Assembly (NCBI GenBank): GCA_951406725.2 | Contig: OX597839.1 | Location: forward strand, 9,672,001-9,736,000 | From: Octopus vulgaris | Taxonomy: Eukaryota | Direction of reading: 5' to 3' | Length of the DNA stretch: 64,000 nt | In this document: positions 1-12,668 of the stretch, piece by piece | How the letters are laid out: every line of letters starts with the position of its first letter | Position numbering within the stretch: position 1 is the first letter of the stretch | The notes under the pieces: generated by a model | What the model was told of the DNA's origin: nothing | Database searches by the model: none | Seen by the model: only the letters and a program-made list of their open reading frames with translations | Translations under genes and position numbers: made by a program

Positions 1-1117
1 TGTTTGTATCCCACTACACCACTTGACAACCAGTATTGGTTTGTTTACATCTCTGTAACTTAGTGGTTCGGCAAAGAGGCCAATAGAATAAGAAAAAGTG
101 CTGAGTTGATCTGTTCAGCTAGAAATTCTTTGAAGCAGTGCCTCAGCATGGCCACAGTCTAATGCTTAAACAAGTAAAAGATAATACATATATATACACA
201 GACTGGAGCCTGGTGCAGCCTTCTGGCTTCCCAGACCCCGATCAAACCATCCAACCCATGCTAGCATGGAAAACGGACGTTAAACGATGATGATGATGAT
301 GACACAAATACAGATATCATACTTTTGTCACTACTATTGCTATCATCCATGTATCTATTGCCCATGCTTCTAGCACTCATGGCCCTTACTACTTATTTCT
401 CAATTACTACCACTCCTTCTAAATCTCACTTTACTATGCTACTAGTGTGACTAAGGATGGTAGTGGATCTCTGTTCTTCACCATACAGTGCTTCTAGTAC
501 AACTAAGGATGCTAATACTCTCACTAACACTCTAGCCGTTTTCTCATCCTTATCACTGCTTCACCCATATTGAGACATTTACTTAAGAACCTATTTCTTT
601 ATTACCCACAAGGGGCTAAACATAGAGGGGACAAACAAGGACAGACATAGGTATTAAGTCGATTACATCGACCCAGTGTTTAACTGGTAACCTTCCCCAG
701 ATTCACATGTACCCCATAAACTCTACCTATACTCTCTTCTAAGTTGTTTGGTATTGACCCTCATCATTCACCATCAAGATTTATCTACCTCTTTCTATCC
801 CTCACCCATCACATTCTCACCTCTATCCTCCCTGGTGCTGGTGTCACAATAAAATGACCTCAGTGCATTCTGTTAAGAATGGGGAGAAGAGATCTTTTCA
901 GTCTTGTCAAAGACATGGTAACCTCCCTAGTGTTGGTGCGTCAAAAAACAAAGTGCACTCAGAAAAGTAGCTGTTGATGTTAGGAAGGACATCCAGGTGT
1001 AGAAACCAAGCCAAAATGAAACTTATAAGCAATGTGGTCATTTGATCTATTTAGGAGTGCAGCAACAAGGTATGACACCTCTACAAGCATGGAAAGTAGA
1101 TGTAAAGCAATGATGAC

Positions 1118-1159
<42 letters not shown>

Positions 1160-1809
1160 ATCCAAACATGAAAACACAAAGAGAAAACACAACAACGCAA
1201 GGACGTGGAACAAGTATAGTATTATTGGATGCTCAGCAAAGAAGGATGGTTTAACGTTTTGAGCGGAGCTCTTCGTCAGAAACATAGGAAAAGGAAAGAT
1301 CCAAAGAAAGGAAGACAGAGGAAAAAAAATCGACAACAGTACACACGCGGTCACATTTTGAATGTATATATATATACATACACATCTACATATATTCAGT
1401 CAACAGCTGAAATCTAGAGGTGCTCAATTGAAAGTCTTTATTGAGGACTAGGTCCATGGAGTAAAGAGTGGTTATAAGAGAAATCTAGGTGAGTTGATAC
1501 GAGATAGTTATACAGATAAATACAATAAGGTTTTGATATATATAAATATACATACATATACACAGAGAGACAACTAAAAAATTCATCCTCAAACCCAACA
1601 AATTCATTTACGTGTGTGTGTGTGTGTGTGTGTAGTTGTAGACAGAGTAGTAAAAGTCAAACATTGAGGAAGGAAATTTATGTGGGGTTTGGTGTAGGGT
1701 TGCAACCATCCAACTGTTGCACCCTTGCACAAACTGAACAAGATAAACAGTAGAACGCATGACAGCAAGGAGCAGGGCAGGGTTTAAAAAGAAATATGAT
1801 AATACATAC

Positions 1810-2463
1810 ATTGAACTCTGAACCATGAAGCTGGGGTCCCATTTTATAGTGGGAACGTATAAGAAGCTGAGGAATATCAACAAATTTGTTGTTGTTGTTG
1901 TTGTTAGAGTTATCTTCATCATCACTGGCAGTAGTGATCCAACAGCGAAAGTTGTTGCATATAAAATCCTTGACAGAGTATTCCAGTGACAGAGATGTGT
2001 CACAAGAAGAGTAGGCCGATGAGGAAGAGAGAGAACTGGCTAAAGATGAGCACGATTCGAAGGACGAGAAGGAAGATTCCAAAGAAAGGAACTTGGTTTG
2101 GGTAGCAGAACCGTGAAGGCTGCTCAGGTCCTCGTCAATGTAGGAAATAAGATCATCCTCATCAGAGAGGGGTTGTTTGGTCTTGGTTTGCCCCTCACTT
2201 TTGTCTGGACTTTCAGCAGGTAGACATGGGTAAGACAGTAAAGGTAACACAGCTGTAGTAGTGTTATTTTCCTCATCTGGCTCTTCTTCAGCAAGGTATT
2301 GTGCAAGTAACAGATTTTGGGATGGCATGATAATCATGCAGGAAATATAACTGTTCAGCTGATTGCTAAAGTCAGTGTGAAGAACAGAGTCCGGCCACTT
2401 CACAGGACACCTTGACTTCGTGCTTACTGGTAGAATTTGGTGGGTACTGATAAGTTCTTCCAT
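1810..2463 (-). CDS. Candidate alternative first coding exon (218 aa, acidic and Ser-rich, low complexity) in the myosin-18 intron
   Basis: Stop-free non-repeat ORF; start context ACAACAATGG; AAT|GTATGT donor in phase 0 at 1809; same strand as the host gene. Confidence 0.55.
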
Positions 2464-2979
2464 TGTTGTATAACAGGGGCTGGGAGGGAAAGAGAGAGAG
2501 AGTGGATTGAAGGCAAAGAAGAGTGGGGAGGGAGTAGAGAAGGGAGTGTGTGGTATATGTGGTGAAAAAATTTAAGGGATACCAATATGAAACTGCGTTT
2601 CAAAGGAGGTGGTGGTTGAAGAACTGGTTGTTTGGGAGTGAATGGTGTCTAAAGTTCCGTGGGAAGAAGGGTTCATAGTTACACCTTAACTACTGCAGGT
2701 AGCGAAACAGTGGATGGAACAGTCAGGATTGAAGGGGACTGTGTGAGAAGAGTCTACCCCGGAAGACTGAGAAAGGTATTCTAACTAAACTGACTTAGTT
2801 ACAGTAGTAACACGGAGAGGAGAGGAGAAGGCAGAGGAGAGAGTGTGAGAGAGAGAGAGAGAGGCAGAGAGGGGGATTAACAAGTAAACAGACTGTGAAT
2901 ACCAACTAACAGACTAACAGCAGATGGGATGGAGGTGGAGGAGGTGAGTGTAGGTGTAGTGAATCAGATGGTAGTGAGA

Positions 2980-3011
<32 letters not shown>

Positions 3012-3376
3012 GTACTGTACAGACAGTATGTGTGTGGGAGTGGTGGGGGTGGGTGGGGGTTGGTTGTAGTGTGAAGGTAAGGACGACAGAAGAAGGTGAA
3101 CATCAACAGAAAGTCTGGTGAGGAGACTGACAGAGGAAGTAGTTGCAATGTTCAACAGTGGTGGCAATTATAACACTACTACCACTACTACTACTACTAC
3201 TACTACAGTAGCATTAACAGCAGCTACAACAACAGTAGTAACAACAGAACTCCATCACTATATACAAAAGCACTATATAATGCTTGCATGGCTTATGTGT
3301 GTGATTATAAACACACACACACACACATGCACACACACACATACACACACACACACATGCACACACACACATGCAC

Positions 3377-3415
<39 letters not shown>

Positions 3416-3769
3416 AATACAGGTATATTCAAATGTACATAGAATCTCCAACCACAAATCCTCATTTAGGATCCTGGGAAAGATGCTATGCCACGTCCTT
3501 TGTTGACCACGTATGGCACCCGAAGGACAAAGGGAAGATCCTAGAAAAAACTAAGTTCCTGTATCAACGGGAACAAATGTTGCAAGGTGTGCATAACAGA
3601 ATGGGCAAAGTTATTAAGGAGCTCCCTCGACCCAGGGAATATCTGAAATTCAATAATGGAAGTTTTCAGAACCTGTTTACACTTCAAGCGATTCCTACTA
3701 AGATCTGGGGACCTGCAAGCTAACTGAGTGGTCTAAAGATAATGGTCTAAAGGAGACAACCCCTTCTTG

Positions 3770-4803
3770 GTATTCACACCAGAAGCTCCAATACAAACAT
3801 TTCAGAGTGTTTTAGTGTTGATCTGAGGACAGTGCAGAGGATTTGGAAAGAGTTGGATGAGTCTATTGATGACTATGAAGGTATGGTAGATCAGAAAACT
3901 CATTCTGATCATTCTAATAAGAAAATAACTCCTGAATTTATTGATGAGGTCCTGTTAATGATTGACAATAATCCCTCCAAGTCAATCAGGTCCATCGCCA
4001 GGAATATGGGAGTGTCTGAGTTTCTTATCAGGTAAGTAGTACATGAAGACATTCAGTATTCCTCATACAAGATGAGAAAGGGCCAGTTTTTATCCCAAGC
4101 CATCAAGGACAAGAGGAAAGACCATGCTACGAAGCTTTTGAATAAACTCAAGCATTCTCTCCAACCAAACATGCTTTGGTTTTTCTCAGACGAGAACAAT
4201 TTCTGTCAGGATTAGATGGTGAACACACAGGTCAACCGTTGGCTTGCTGAGTCCCCAAAACATGTACCAAGAGTGATACAAGTCAAACATCCAGTCAACA
4301 CAACCTCAAGCTCAACACAGAGGCCTACATCAAGTTCCTGGAGGTAGTGCTGCACTGAGTGAAGAGGGTAGCTACTAGAAGACCCTGTCTCTGGAAACAG
4401 GGCCCTGCTCCATGCCACACAAGCAGGAGAACCCAGTCAGCGCTGTCAGACAATTTCTGCAACCTTATCACCCCTAATATCTGGCCACCTAACTTCTTAG
4501 ACTGAAACCCCCTTGATTATTATGTGTGAGGTGCAGTTGAGCGAGAGACCAATAAAACTCCTTGTAACACCAAAGATGAATTGAAGGCAAGGATTATAGC
4601 AGCATTCACCAACTTAAACGAGGAAACCATCCAGAAGAGTTGCAGGAGATTCCAAAGTCATCTGGAGGCTGTGGTTTAAACCAATCACGATTTTATTGAA
4701 TAAATTTACTCTTTAGTATTTCAAGATATTTTTATGTAATTTTGGTAAATATATCTATTGAAATGAGATGTCAGTGTTATTTTCATTTTGCGTAAATTAG
4801 CCA
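3770..4803 (+). mobile_element. Degenerate Tc1/mariner-superfamily transposase relic
   Basis: RTVQRIWKEL, NPSKSIRSIARNMG, FFSDE and WPPN..D.NPLDY fragments. Confidence 0.8.
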
Positions 4804-5369
4804 ACAGCAATTGAGGAGAGTGTGACAAAGAGACAGAGACACAGAAGCAGGTGTTTTTCCACAACGGAGGAAGTGATCCAGTATCAAATGATGAAGTGTA
4901 ACAGAGAAATAGAGGCAGAAATAGGTGTCTTGTTATAGAGGAGGTACATGGTTACCCAGTGAGAGAGAGAGGTACAAAAAAGAGGCTAGAAACAAGTGTG
5001 CTGATGTAAAGGAGATACTTGGTGATCTAGTCTGAGGTAAAACAAGAGGAGAGAGAGAGAGAATAGGAAACAGCAAAAGTGTAAGAGAGAGTAGAAGAGA
5101 AATGGTGTAGTGCTAGGGTATACTCACAGGTAACAAGAATATAAGCGTAGAACCTGGTTAGAAAAACAGGGTGTGGGTGTTGGGGGTGTGGGGAGCAGCA
5201 ATACAGGGAGCAGGGCAGTGAGGGCAAGGAAGGAGATCGGAAAACAATCATGATTTATGAAGAGGAATTGTGAGAAAGAGAAAGATGCAGATAGAAGAGG
5301 AGTTATAGTTCAATTTCTTAGGGCAGAGTGGGTGAGAAGTGTGTTGTTACATGTGGGTGGGACCCAACT

Positions 5370-5770
5370 CTTCTAGCACTCAGTTTCATGGACGGGTCTT
5401 CCCTAGGACCTCATATTACCAAACATCTTGCTCCACTGTCATTTCCTCTGTGAGTCCCCAAAATCCTAAAATCAGTCCTCACCACTTCATCCCATGTCTT
5501 TCTGGGTCTCTCTCGTCCGCAGATACCATCCACTTTCAGTGATAGGCACTTCAGTATACAGCTAGTCTTCACTCATACACATCACTTGTCCAAACCAATG
5601 CATTCTCCTCTCCTGCAAGCCACATTTGGTCCCTCTTATGCCCAACTTTTCTCTCAACACAGTTGTGCTTTCTCAGTCATGCACTCCGATGTTGCAAATC
5701 CAACGAAGCATACTACCTTCATTCCCCTCCAGCCTCCGCATGTCCTCCACAGTCAGAGCCCATGTCTCAA
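5370..5770 (-). mobile_element. Degenerate RTE C-terminal fragment related to the 36-37.6 kb element
   Basis: Reverse complement resembles 37200-37570. Confidence 0.6.
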
Positions 5771-7105
5771 CACACACAAGCATGTATCTGACTCATACAT
5801 TGTTCGCTTTTCAGACATTTGTATATTACTGCATGTACTTTATACGCACTGTTTGACAAGTTGTGGTGCCCCTGAGCACTGTATACAATAATTTCATTAT
5901 TATTATTATTATTTTATTATTTTAATAATGACACACAAGTAAGTGTGCATGCATGTGTGAATCTGTATGTTTTGATGTGTGTGTATTTATGTGTTCATGT
6001 GGCTGTATATATTATAGCCTAAACTTGTGGATTATTTCACATTGCTGGTTTGTAATTTTCTAATTAGCCATGCTCTTCTGATTTTCTATGTGCACATGTA
6101 TGTATGTATGAGTGTTGAATAAGCTGGTATTTTAATATGCCAGATAGAGTAACATTCTGGTTATATGTTTACACACACATAATGTGTGTGTGTGTGTACA
6201 TACATGTTTGCAAGGTTTAATATATGTATGAATGTACACACACACACACACACACACAGATGTAGGTGATATTAAGAACAAGATGACAGTTCAAGAAATC
6301 AAAGGTTGGGATGGAAGATCTAGCAAGAACAACAACAACATCAACAGATGTAAAAGGAGAAGTGGGTAAGAGGGGGGGGGAAAGAGTAAATATAACCAAA
6401 ACATTTACATAAATCAGGATATATTGCAAAAATGAGATGAAATACAGTGAGAAGATGGTAGAAGAGGACGAGGTGGTGGGAGGTTTGTTAAGGTTTGGGT
6501 AAAATAAAAGGGTGGAAAGTGGGTAGGTGAGGACAACGTCAGCAGGGTATCTGGTGTAAACATGCCGAGACCCTCAGGTAAATCGTGTGTTTACCTTGCC
6601 TAACCCATATGGGATGTGTAGAAAAGGGGGCAGAGTGAGAAGGGGGAAGTGGTTGTAGATGCTGGCAAGGGTAGGTTGGGTGTCTGTAGGTACAGGGGAA
6701 AGTGGGAAGGGTGGGGGCTTCTGTGGCTTCAAGGGGTTCCCTTTCTTTCTTCTATTTTGGTAACCGAGTTTAAGTCGTAAGTTCAGCATTCTGACAACAC
6801 TAACCCAACCTTGAGTCTGCTTTTTAGTCAGCATCACTATCACCAACATTGCTACTATACTTACCACAACACCCCCCACAACTTCTGTCATACCCATCTC
6901 CATTACCATATCATCTTCATCATAAGAAACCCATCATCACAACCTTTTTCATAACTGTAACATCCACGTTGTCATCTCCACCACCATCAACATTGCCATC
7001 ACTTATAACACCCTCATCATCACTATCATCATCACTATTGCCAACATAATCATCATAATGTTCATTCCTATGATCTCCATCACTATCATCTTCATTAACA
7101 TATAT

Positions 7106-7340
7106 CTATTTCTTTACTACCCACAAGGGGCTAAACACAGAGCGAACAAACAAGGACAGACAAACGGATTAAGTCGATTACATCAACCCCAGTACGTAAC
7201 TGGTACTTAATTTATCGACCCCGAAAGGATGAAAGGCAAAGTCGACATCGGTGGAATTTGAACTCAGAACGTAACGGCAGACGAAATACGGCTACGCATT
7301 TCATCCGGCGTGCTAACGTTTCTGCATAGCTCGCCGCCTT
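7106..7340 (-). mobile_element. SINE family B (Nin/Deu-domain-like); representative copy
   Basis: gtcgactttgcctttcatcctttcggggtcgataaa..agtaccag segment; other copies near 7580-7810, 8880-9015, 15360-15590, 47330-47540. Confidence 0.78.
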
Positions 7341-8438
7341 ATTAACATCTATCATCAGTATCACTATGACATCCTAATTCTCACCATCATCATCATAGGT
7401 TCACCATCTCAACAAGCCACTGGACAGTTATAACTAGAGTATTTTTTGATCTGCTCAGTTGTGTCCGCTTGGTCAAGGCTGATGCAGGGCTGAACAACAA
7501 TAAAGGATTAGGTAACTGAACCAGTATTTGAAACTGTAACCTATTCTGTCATTTTTCTATTTGTTTTTCACTTCCTTCTTATTTCTTTATTGCCCACAAG
7601 GGGCTAAACATAGAGGACAAACAAGGACAGACAAAGGGATTAAGTCGATTACATCGACCCCAGTGCATAACTGGTCCTTAATCTATCGATCCCGAAAGGA
7701 TGAAAGGCAAAGTCGACCTCGGCGGAATTTGAACTCAGAACGTAACGGCAGACGAAATACGGCTACACATTTCACCCGGCATGCTAACGATTCTGCCAGC
7801 TCGCCACCTTGTTTTTCACATCGTTCTATTCAAACCTATAAGATGATGATGATAACAAGGAAGAGGAGGAGAAGGAGCTATAAATTTTCAGGGCTCTCTC
7901 TGACTCTGTCCACCCAACTCTAAATAGGTACAACACAGAGGTAATAACTAATGAAACACTAGAGGTATGGAAGCAGTACCATGAAATTAAAGCGTAATTA
8001 GTTAGCTTGTAGTCAGAGGAATCCTGTTTTGAGAGAAATCTACCTGCAATGGACTGGCATTCTCATCATGCCCAACGCTGCAGAAAGCACAGATAAGCAC
8101 TGCCCCTTGTACTTTCATGGAATTTGGAAGATAAGAAAAAAAGGAAAAAGAAAAAAAAATTAGTTAAAGCTGCGTTTTAGATATATCAGTTGTAATTTGA
8201 GAGGGAAAAGTATAGATAAGACATTAGGGATTAAGGTAGGTTTTCAAATTGGTGTTTAACATCTACTATGTGGGATTACAGTTATTTATAGGGTTTGGCT
8301 GGTTACAGTTTTTATCTAAAACCTGATGGATACACACTATTACACACAGTCTGTAACACAAATATACACACATAAACACATATATTTTCACACTCTTGGA
8401 TAGATTCTATAACACAGAGAATACAAAATACATATATA

Positions 8439-8837
8439 GGCGCAGGAGTGGCTGTGTGGTAAGTAGCTTGCTTACCAACCACATGGTTCCGGGTTCAGTC
8501 CCACTGCGTGGCATCTTGGGCAAGTGTCTTCTGCTATAGCCTCGGGCCAACCAATGCCTTGTGAGTGGATTTGGTAGACGGAAACTGAAAGAAGCCCGTC
8601 GTATATATGTATATATATATGTGTGTGTATATGTTTGTGTGTCTGTGTTTGTCCCCCTAGCATTGCTTGACAACCGATGCTGGTGTGTTTACATCCCCGT
8701 CACTTAGCGGTTCGGCAAAAGAGACCGATAGAATAAGTACTGGGCTTACAAAGAATAAGTCCCGGGGTTGATTTGCTCGACTAAAGGCGGTGCTCCAGCA
8801 TGGTCGCAGTCAAATGACTGAAACAAGTAAAAGAGTA
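8439..8837 (+). mobile_element. tRNA-derived SINE family A (CORE-like segment, internal microsatellite); representative copy
   Basis: Head ggcgcaggagtggctgtgtggtaag, segment cttgggcaagt, tail aagtaaaagagta. Other copies near 11960-12472(-), 12854-13194(-), 13238-13641(+), 18460-18790(+), 22248-22674(-), 39540-39890(+), 40757-41485(+), 45083-45485(-), 53002-53390(+), 58517-58914(-), 59881-60300(-). Confidence 0.85.
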
Positions 8838-9158
8838 TATTATTACACACAGACAACATACATATACTATCACACATATATATTTCTTTATTGCCCACAA
8901 GGGGCTAAACATAGAGGGGACAAACAAGGACAGACAAAGAGATTAAGTCGATTACATCGACCCCAGTGCGTAACTGGTACTTTATTCATCGACTCCGAAA
9001 GGATGAAAGGCAAAGTTACAATGTAACACTGTTACAGCACACAGAGACTACAGAACACACAAATCATTACACAGCTTTTGACACTTTATCACACAGCCTC
9101 GTCCAGTCTATCACACAAAGAGACTTATACTGATTCTTAGCAAATATATTTGTACTTT

Positions 9159-9498
9159 CTCTCTCTCTATCCACTCAGTCGAAGTCGACTCTCGGTCACT
9201 CGTTGGATCAGTGTCCTCCAGTCAGTTCTATCCTGGGCCGCTTCTTTCAGATTAGCTATGTCCATTCCGGTATCACTCTTGATGGTGTCAAGCCAGCGGG
9301 TTCTTGGTTGGCCTCTTCCTCTCTTGCCACTGACCATTCCGAGCATGATGTCCTTCTCCAGGGATTTTCTCCACATAATATGACCGAAATATGCCAATCT
9401 ATGCTTGGTGATCCTAGCTTCTAGCGACATTTTCGGCCTTATCTGCTTAAGAACTTCTCCATTGGTGAGCCTCGCTGTCCATGGAATCTGCAAAAGTC
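9159..9498 (-). mobile_element. RTE/BovB-like LINE 3' fragment with TSD
   Basis: IPWTAR...YFGHIM...GKRGRGQPRTRWLD; TSD tttgtacttt at 9149-9158 and 9499-9508; (GA)n tail. Confidence 0.88.
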
Positions 9499-10274
9499 TT
9501 TGTACTTTAGCAGGCCTTAAATCTGACAGGGAGGGCTTCATTAATCAAAACTTGCAAAACCGATCTAATTGACTCTTTCACCACTACTACAACAACCACT
9601 GCTCTTCTTAACCTCCCGACTGCATAGAACCCCCACTTCTTCGACATAAAATAATTCGCTGTTCCCAAGTATATCTTATTCCAGACAACTCAGTAACAAC
9701 TATCTTCATGCTGAAAGCAAGCCTCTCCGTTTTTTCTATTTAGAATCTCTCCCTCTGTCTTAATTACAAATCCATAACATGTATGGTGTAGCCAAGACTA
9801 CATTATGCAACACACAAACATATTCATTCCTAATATGTACTCTGTATTTCTAGCAACTCGTAGCAGTTGCCTACATTTTGTATGTAGTGTACCAATAACT
9901 AATCAAACACTGTAAATAAATACCTTTCAATCATGAATCGGTTTACGTATTTGTTTACATACACACTTAACCACTACATGTGCTTTGTGTTAGAAAACAG
10001 GAAGATGCAATTTGAGATTTTAGCTGCTATTTCTAAAAGTTAGAGACTAGGCAGACTAGACATTATTTCATCACAGGCACACCTTGATTGAGTAGGCCAA
10101 AGATAAAAAAAACCTATCAGCCTATGTCATTAATTCATTCATAATTATATAAGAAGTGTTCTGTCAGACAGTTTCAATTCATTTTCAATATGATCAAAAA
10201 TTATTAATGAACAAGATATTAGTAACTTTAAATATTGGTATTGATTTTAAACAGTTTTGACCAAGTGGTCAGTA

Positions 10275-10985
10275 TTCAATAAAATTGCCATTGGCTTCAA
10301 CCACGGCCTCCAGACGACTTCAAAATCTCCTGCAACATTTCTGGATGCTCTCCTTGCTTAAGTTGGTCAATGCTGCCATAATCCTTGTCTTCAGTTCATC
10401 CTTGGGGTTACAAGGAGTTATGTGGATCTCTTGCTCAACTGCACCCCACACATAATAATCAAGGGGCTTGCAGTCTGGAGAAGTAGGTGGCCAGATGTTA
10501 GGGTAATGTGGTCACAGAAATTGTCTGACAGCCAGACCGGGTTCTCTTGCTTGTGTGGTATGGTGTAGAGTCCTGTTGCCAGACAAAGGGTCTTCCAGCA
10601 GCCACCCTCTTCACCCAGGGCGGCACTGGGCCTCCATGTGGAGTCTGAAGCAGTGTGGGAAAATGGATGTAGGCATTAACATCGCCATCGCTAGTAATCA
10701 CTCCAAACACCATAACACTGACTGGATGTTTGATTTCTATCACTCTCGGTACTCTGCACTATCCTCAGATTGACATCCAAACACTCTGAAATGTTCATAT
10801 TGGAGCTTCTGGCATGAATGCCAAGTAGTACAGCATATCGTTTCCAAATTTCTGGCATCATGGTGGTGTTTTTCTCACAGATGGTGCCCAGCTGACTCTA
10901 CTATACTGTGTAGTCGCCAAAATCAAAAACAAACAATGCGCCTGCATGAAATTAAAAATATAAAATGCCGACAGTTTACCCATTA
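10275..10985 (-). mobile_element. Tc1-like relic, same family as 3770-4803
   Basis: KHPVSVMVFGVITSDG and WQQDSTPYHTS motifs. Confidence 0.78.
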
Positions 10986-10989
10986 CATC

Positions 10990-11043
10990 CTATATATACA
11001 TATGTGTGTGTATATATATATATGTATGTATGTGTATACACAC

Positions 11044-11079
<36 letters not shown>

Positions 11080-11090
11080 GTGTATACATA

Positions 11091-11124
<34 letters not shown>

Positions 11125-11128
11125 TGTG

Positions 11129-11166
<38 letters not shown>

Positions 11167-11170
11167 TGTG

Positions 11171-11210
<40 letters not shown>

Positions 11211-11215
11211 TGTGT

Positions 11216-11272
<57 letters not shown>

Positions 11273-11281
11273 TGTGTATAC

Positions 11282-11313
<32 letters not shown>

Positions 11314-11322
11314 ATATGTATG

Positions 11323-11365
<43 letters not shown>
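10990..11365. repeat. Compound (TA)n/(TATG)n microsatellite
   Basis: Visible directly; source of the spurious YI-repeat ORFs. Confidence 0.97.
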
Positions 11366-11368
<3 letters not shown>

Positions 11369-12158
11369 TATTTGCCACTATCTCTCCTGCTCTCTCTAGA
11401 ACTCTTGCTGTTTTCCACTCTCTCTCTCTCTCTCACTAGGTAACCATGTACTTTTTCTACAGCAAGGCACCTGTTTCTGTCTCTCTATAACACTCTAACC
11501 TGCCATCGTCTGATATTTTTATTTTCACATAATAGGCGCAGGCGTAACAGTGTGGTTGAGAAGTTTGTATTTTTGGATCCAGTTTTCCACTGCATGGCAC
11601 CTTAGGCAAGTGTCTTCTGACGTTCACGATGGAAACTGAAACAAGTCATTCATACACATGCATGCATGCACGTATGTATGTATGTCTGTGAATATGCTTC
11701 TGTTACCTTGTCTTGACATTGCATTATTGTTGAAAACGAACGTCATTCATTTCCAATACTCTTCAAAAACATGTCTAGCCATGGAGGAAATATCATCTTG
11801 CTGGGAAACAGGTATGGCTTGGCAACAAGAAAAGCATTCAGCTAGAGGAAACCTGTCTCAATAAACAGTCCAACAAAAGCAGGCATAGAAATGTGACTAC
11901 AAATGTTATTTGGAACAATTTACAGTTTTTGGCTCACTTCATGTGGGTGCTTCGCATTATACTCTTTACTCTTTTACTTAGTTCAGTCATTTGACTGCGA
12001 CCATGCTGGAGCACCGCCTTTATAGTCGAGCAAATTGACACAAGAGCTTATTCTTTGTAAGCCTAGTACTTATTCTACCAGTTTCTTTTGCCGATCTGCC
12101 AAGTTACGGGGACGTAAACACACCAGCATCGGTTGTTAAGTGATGTTGGGGGAAGGGA

Positions 12159-12218
<60 letters not shown>

Positions 12219-12280
12219 GGTAAACAGTAAAAATAATTACAGACATGGACAAGAACATGAAACATCGACAAGTGTGTGTG

Positions 12281-12312
<32 letters not shown>

Positions 12313-12625
12313 TATACAATGGGCTTCTTCCAGTTTCTGTCTACCAAATCCACTCACAAGGCTTTGGTTGGCCTGAGGCTATAGTAGAAGACACTTGCCC
12401 AAGGTGCCATGCAGTGGGACTGAACCCGGGACCATGTGGTTGGTAAGCAAGCTACTTACCACACAGCCACTCATACTATATATTTTTCTTGCAGAATATG
12501 TCCCAATGTAACTCTTCCATCCACTCAGTCATTCTTTTAAGATGTCAGACAGTCAGTATTCATTGATCTAACATCTTTCTATTTTTCAGTCAACTAGTGT
12601 CTGGATAAGTAATAGTAAACACTAT

Positions 12626-12668
12626 ACTTCTCTGAGGAGGTCTAATAAGACTGAAACATGTCTAGAGT
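12626..12668 (+). ncRNA. Minimal type I hammerhead ribozyme-like motif, probably degenerate
   Basis: CTGAGGA-GGTCT(AATA)AGACT-GAAAC-AT-GTC; palindromic stem III ACATGT; stem I imperfect. Confidence 0.55.

Noticed and set aside
9167-9541. 124-aa ORF as a host gene
   Set aside because: Mostly an RTE 3' fragment bounded by a TSD; the N-terminal 12 residues come from flanking DNA.
10936-11443. Six ORFs rich in Y and I
   Set aside because: Translations of a TA/TATG microsatellite.
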